A stretch of DNA of 64,000 nucleotides from Macrostomum hystrix. Taxonomy: Eukaryota; Animalia; Platyhelminthes. Below are positions 60,501-64,000 of the stretch, one piece after another. The notes below the pieces were generated by a model. It was not told where the DNA came from. It ran no database searches and was given only the letters and a program-made list of their open reading frames with translations. The first letter of the stretch is position 1. Every line of letters begins with the position of its first letter. A program made the translations under genes and the position numbers. Location: NCBI GenBank assembly GCA_950097015.1, contig CATNEN010000041.1, positions 3,038,001-3,102,000 of the forward strand. The letters are read 5' to 3'.

Positions 60501-62987
60501 GGGCCTCACTCACCAGAGCAAGAGTTCACACACACGAACAAGGGCCTCACTCACCAGAGCAAGAGTGCATACACACGAACAAGGGCCTCACTCACCAGAG
60601 CAAGAGTTCACACACACGAACAAGGGCCTCACTCACCATAGCAAGAGTTCACACACACGAACAAGGGCCTCACTCACCAGAGAAAGAGTTCACACACACG
60701 AACAAGGGCCTCACTCACCAGAGCAAGAGTTCACACACACGAACAAGGGCCTCACTCACCAGAGCAAGAGTGCAAACACACAAACAAGGGCCTCACTCAC
60801 CAGAGCAAGAGTGCAAACACACAAACAAGGGCGCCACTCACCAGAGCAAATAGGGCATACACACAAACAAGGGCGCCACTCACCAGAGCAAGAGTCCACA
60901 ACGCTATTGTTGACAGTCACCAGTCGGGCTGAACCGATAGGGCCTCCAGAGGTGCTGTCATGCTCGCATCTGTAGCGATTTCTTACAAGGCTGTCCGGTG
61001 TTCCGTCCACCTCTGCTGCCCGGAAGTAGCCGGGGGCGCAGGCGGCCCTGACAGTCCGATTGTCAGCTGCCGGATCGACATCGGGCCGCATGCGGGTCGA
61101 GTTGTAGTTCGTCAGGCTGCTCATGTTGCACCGGGGCACTGCGGGGTGGGTGCGGGCATTTTTGAGCCTTTCTCATGAGGAAAAGCCTCTACCCAATCAA
61201 CGTCCGTCGCCAACTGCCTCACCATCGTACTCGCAAACTGTGGTGCCGATGGTGCTCAGCGGCACAGCGGAGAACACACTCGTCACCTTGTAGGAGCCAT
61301 CGGATGCAGGCGACACCAGACCCGCAAACTGTACCACCTTCGATGCGTTGCAGGTCATCGATTTGAGCTCCGTCAGCTCGTCTCCGCTGCCCCACATGTA
61401 GCGCCCATTGGAAGCTGTGGAAATGCGGGATGCGAAACTCAATAATGAGCACCGAAGATTAATCTCCACTGTTCCACCATATTTACCACATCTACAGATA
61501 TATCTACCATATCTGTCCCATCTTAGCCGGACTCCAGCTGTCCCATCTCAGCCGGACTCCAGCTGTCCCATCTTAGCCGGACTCCAGCTGTCCCATCTCA
61601 GCCGGACTCCAGCTGTCCCATCTCAGCCGGACTCCAGCTGTCCCATCTCAGCCGGACTCCAGCTGTCCCATCTCAGCCGGACTCCAGCTGTCCCATCTTA
61701 GCCGGACTCCAGCTGTCCCATCTCAGCCGGACTCCAGCTGTCCCATCTCAGCCGGACTCCAGCTGTCCCATCTCAGCCGGACTCCAGCTGTCCCATCTCA
61801 GCCGGACTCCAGCTGTCCCATCTCAACCGGACTCCAGCTGTCCCATCTCAGCCGGACTCCAGCTGTCCCATCTCAGCCGGACTCCAGCTGTCCCATCTCA
61901 GCCGGACTCCAGCTGTCCCATCTTAGCCGGACTCCAGCTGTCCCATCTCAGCCGGACTCCAGCTGTCCCATCTCAGCCGGACTCCAGCTGTCCCATCTCA
62001 GCCGGACTCCAGCTGTCCCATCTCAGCCGGACTCCAGCTGTCCCATCTCAACCGGACTCCAGCTGTCCCATCTCAGCCGGACTCCAGCTGTCCCATCTCA
62101 GCCGGACTCCAGCTGTCCCATCTCAGCCGGACTCCAGCTGTCCCATCTCAGCCGGACACCAGCTGTCCCATCTCAGCCGGACTCCAGCTGTCCCATCTCA
62201 GCCGGACTCCAGCTGTCCCATCTCAGCCGGACTCACAGTTGCAGGTGGCCTCAGTCCAAAGATTGCTGTAGCCGATGCCCACCTGGGTGAGCGCCCGCAC
62301 AATGAGAGTCCTCTGCTGCTGGTTGTTTAGGCGAGAAAGGCGAATTTGAGGCACATTGGGCACGCTGGCGGCGCTGCTGCACCACTGACTGGCGACAGTG
62401 TAGTTCACCTGCTGCCGGCTGCCGACTGCCCGGAAGTAGTAGCACAGGCCCAGCTGCGACTCGTAGTACAGCTGCCAGCCGGAACCGGCTGGAAGGCACG
62501 TCGCGGCCTGCGCGGGCTGCGCTGAAAGACCTGGGGGCAGCGCAGCAGCGGTGTTTCTCTAGGTTTCTCTGCCTAACTCTGAGCAGCCTCACCTGCCTCA
62601 CCTCACCTCATACTGCTCAGCCATCAGCTGACCCACACGCACAACAGCCTCACCTGCATCACAGTGCTCAGCCATCAGCTGACCCACACGCACAACAGCC
62701 TCACTTGCATCACAGTGCTCAGCCATCAGCTGACCCACACGCACAACAGCCTCACTTGCACCACAGTGCTCTGCCTTCAGCTGACCCACACGCACAACAG
62801 CCTCACCTGCATCACAGTGCTCTGCCATCAGCTGACCCACACGCACAACAGCCTCACTTGCATCACAGTGCTCAGCCATCAGCTGACCCACACGCACAAC
62901 AGCCTCACCTGCATCACAGTGCTCAGCCATGGACTCACCTGCAAGGACAAGCAGTTGCAGCGGAAGCAGACTGGCAGCGACCCACAT
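57550..62987 (-). CDS. Type I membrane protein: signal peptide + C-type-lectin-like domain + ~4 divergent sushi/CCP-like modules + TM. Exons 62987-62939, 62530-62237, 61414-61223, 61138-60884, 59657-59421, 59293-59009, 58896-58585, 57773-57550.
   Basis: MWVAASLLPLQLLVLA signal peptide; C..GW...CYYF...A..WC...LW...W...TVCEY lectin pattern; C...CxPGY/CKTGY/CKYGY...C...W sushi patterns; TM SLGATVIVILVVFFTLIVVLD. All 7 introns are phase 1 and frame-compatible. Confidence 0.78.
57810..58490. repeat. Degenerate ~24-bp minisatellite, intronic
   Basis: gggagggttgctgttgggagt(c/a)t units. Confidence 0.93.
59705..60893. repeat. 41-42-bp minisatellite (~29 copies), each carrying a copy of the donor site
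   Basis: Minus-strand unit ...ctcttgctctg|gtgagtgaggcccttgttcgtgtgtgtgaa. Confidence 0.96.
61510..62232. repeat. 25-bp minisatellite (~28 copies) abutting a donor
   Basis: Unit ctcagccggactccagctgtcccat. Confidence 0.96.
62587..62930. repeat. 51-bp minisatellite (~6-7 copies) in first intron
   Basis: Unit gcctcacctgcatcacagtgctcagccatcagctgacccacacgcacaaca. Confidence 0.93.
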
Positions 62988-63711
62988 CTTTCTGGCCAGG
63001 TGAGACACTGCAACTTCCGTGCTGTTCTGTTTTGGCTCCGAGAGCAGTTGTGGGCAGCGGCCAGCCATTTGCCACGGTAAATAAAGGAAAAACCGATTGC
63101 CAAGAGATGCGTCGTTAAAAAGCGCCCCTAGCAACCAAAAGAGAGAAGCAGCAGGACAAACGCGGAGTGCTAAATGAAAAGAGGAGGCGAAGGGACAATG
63201 CCACAGGCTTCCCAGTTTTTCTGAAGAGACTGACATGAATTATGAATGGCTGCTTCTGTGTCCAGCCTCCCGGAGCACCATCACTGCCGGGTCTCCGCGG
63301 CAGTAGTGCAATGTCTCGCTTGCATCTCCCGCATCCTTGTGGAAGGGCCATTGTTTCCAGCTGTGCAGTGGGATTTCTTCCCAGTTTTCTTAGTTGGCGA
63401 GTATATAGCGCCTGGCGGAGGCGAGACGCTTCTGCTCTGCTCTGCCCTCCCCAGCTCTGTAGAGAAGGGAGACTCGTGTACATGTATTCAATCCTCGCCT
63501 CAAAGTCAGAATGTAAAACATTTCAAAGCGCAGTGTTTGAGTGAGTTAAAACTTTGCCGCTGCACAAAGTATTTAAAACTTTTTTTTCTTAGCGAGGGAG
63601 TAAATATTTCGTATACAGTTGTCAAAATAAAACCATTTAAGAATTCATTCAGTCTAGAAGTTAGAATTCAAGTCTAGAAAAATGATACGCAAAAATTTGA
63701 TTGGGAAGGGT

Positions 63712-64000
63712 GAGTTCACTAGTATGGGATTAGTTCACTAGTATGGGATTAGTCCATTAGTATGGGATTAGTTCACTAGTACGGGATTAGTTCACTAGTA
63801 TGGGATTATTCCATTAGTATGGGATTAGTTCACTAGTACGGGATTAGTTCACTAGTATGGGATTAGTCCATTAGTATGGGATTAGTTCACTAGTACGGGA
63901 TTAGTTCACTAGTATGGGATTAGTCCATTAGTATGGGATTAGTCCATTAGTATGGGATTAGTTCACTAGTATGGGATTAGTTCACAGTATGGGATTAGTT
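63712..64000. repeat. 18-19-bp minisatellite running off the window end
   Basis: agtatgggattagttcact / agtatgggattagtccatt. Confidence 0.94.

Overview
Eukaryotic (animal) genomic DNA. GC-rich exons, poly-Ala runs and introns filled with minisatellites suggest a flatworm such as Macrostomum (inference). Exon/intron structures were rebuilt by hand from GT-AG sites and frame continuity. The genes are SDF2-like (partial), MGRN1/RNF157, ASNA1/GET3, a bacterial-type Pol-beta (RlaP/PF10127-like) nucleotidyltransferase, an intronless DEG/ENaC channel, a THAP/P-element transposase with 2 introns, Nova/pasilla, an SLC4 bicarbonate transporter, an M1 aminopeptidase and a C-type-lectin+sushi membrane protein. 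The AT-rich 24-29 kb region holds a tRNA-derived SINE with an 11-bp TSD and two inverted P-type MITEs, each with its own 8-bp TSD. About 30 tandem arrays occur, mostly in introns. Many of their units begin or end at, or span, the splice junction, producing runs of up to ~29 duplicated splice sites; this is the most striking unexplained pattern. Most long repetitive ORFs in the supplied track are read-throughs of these arrays, not genes.
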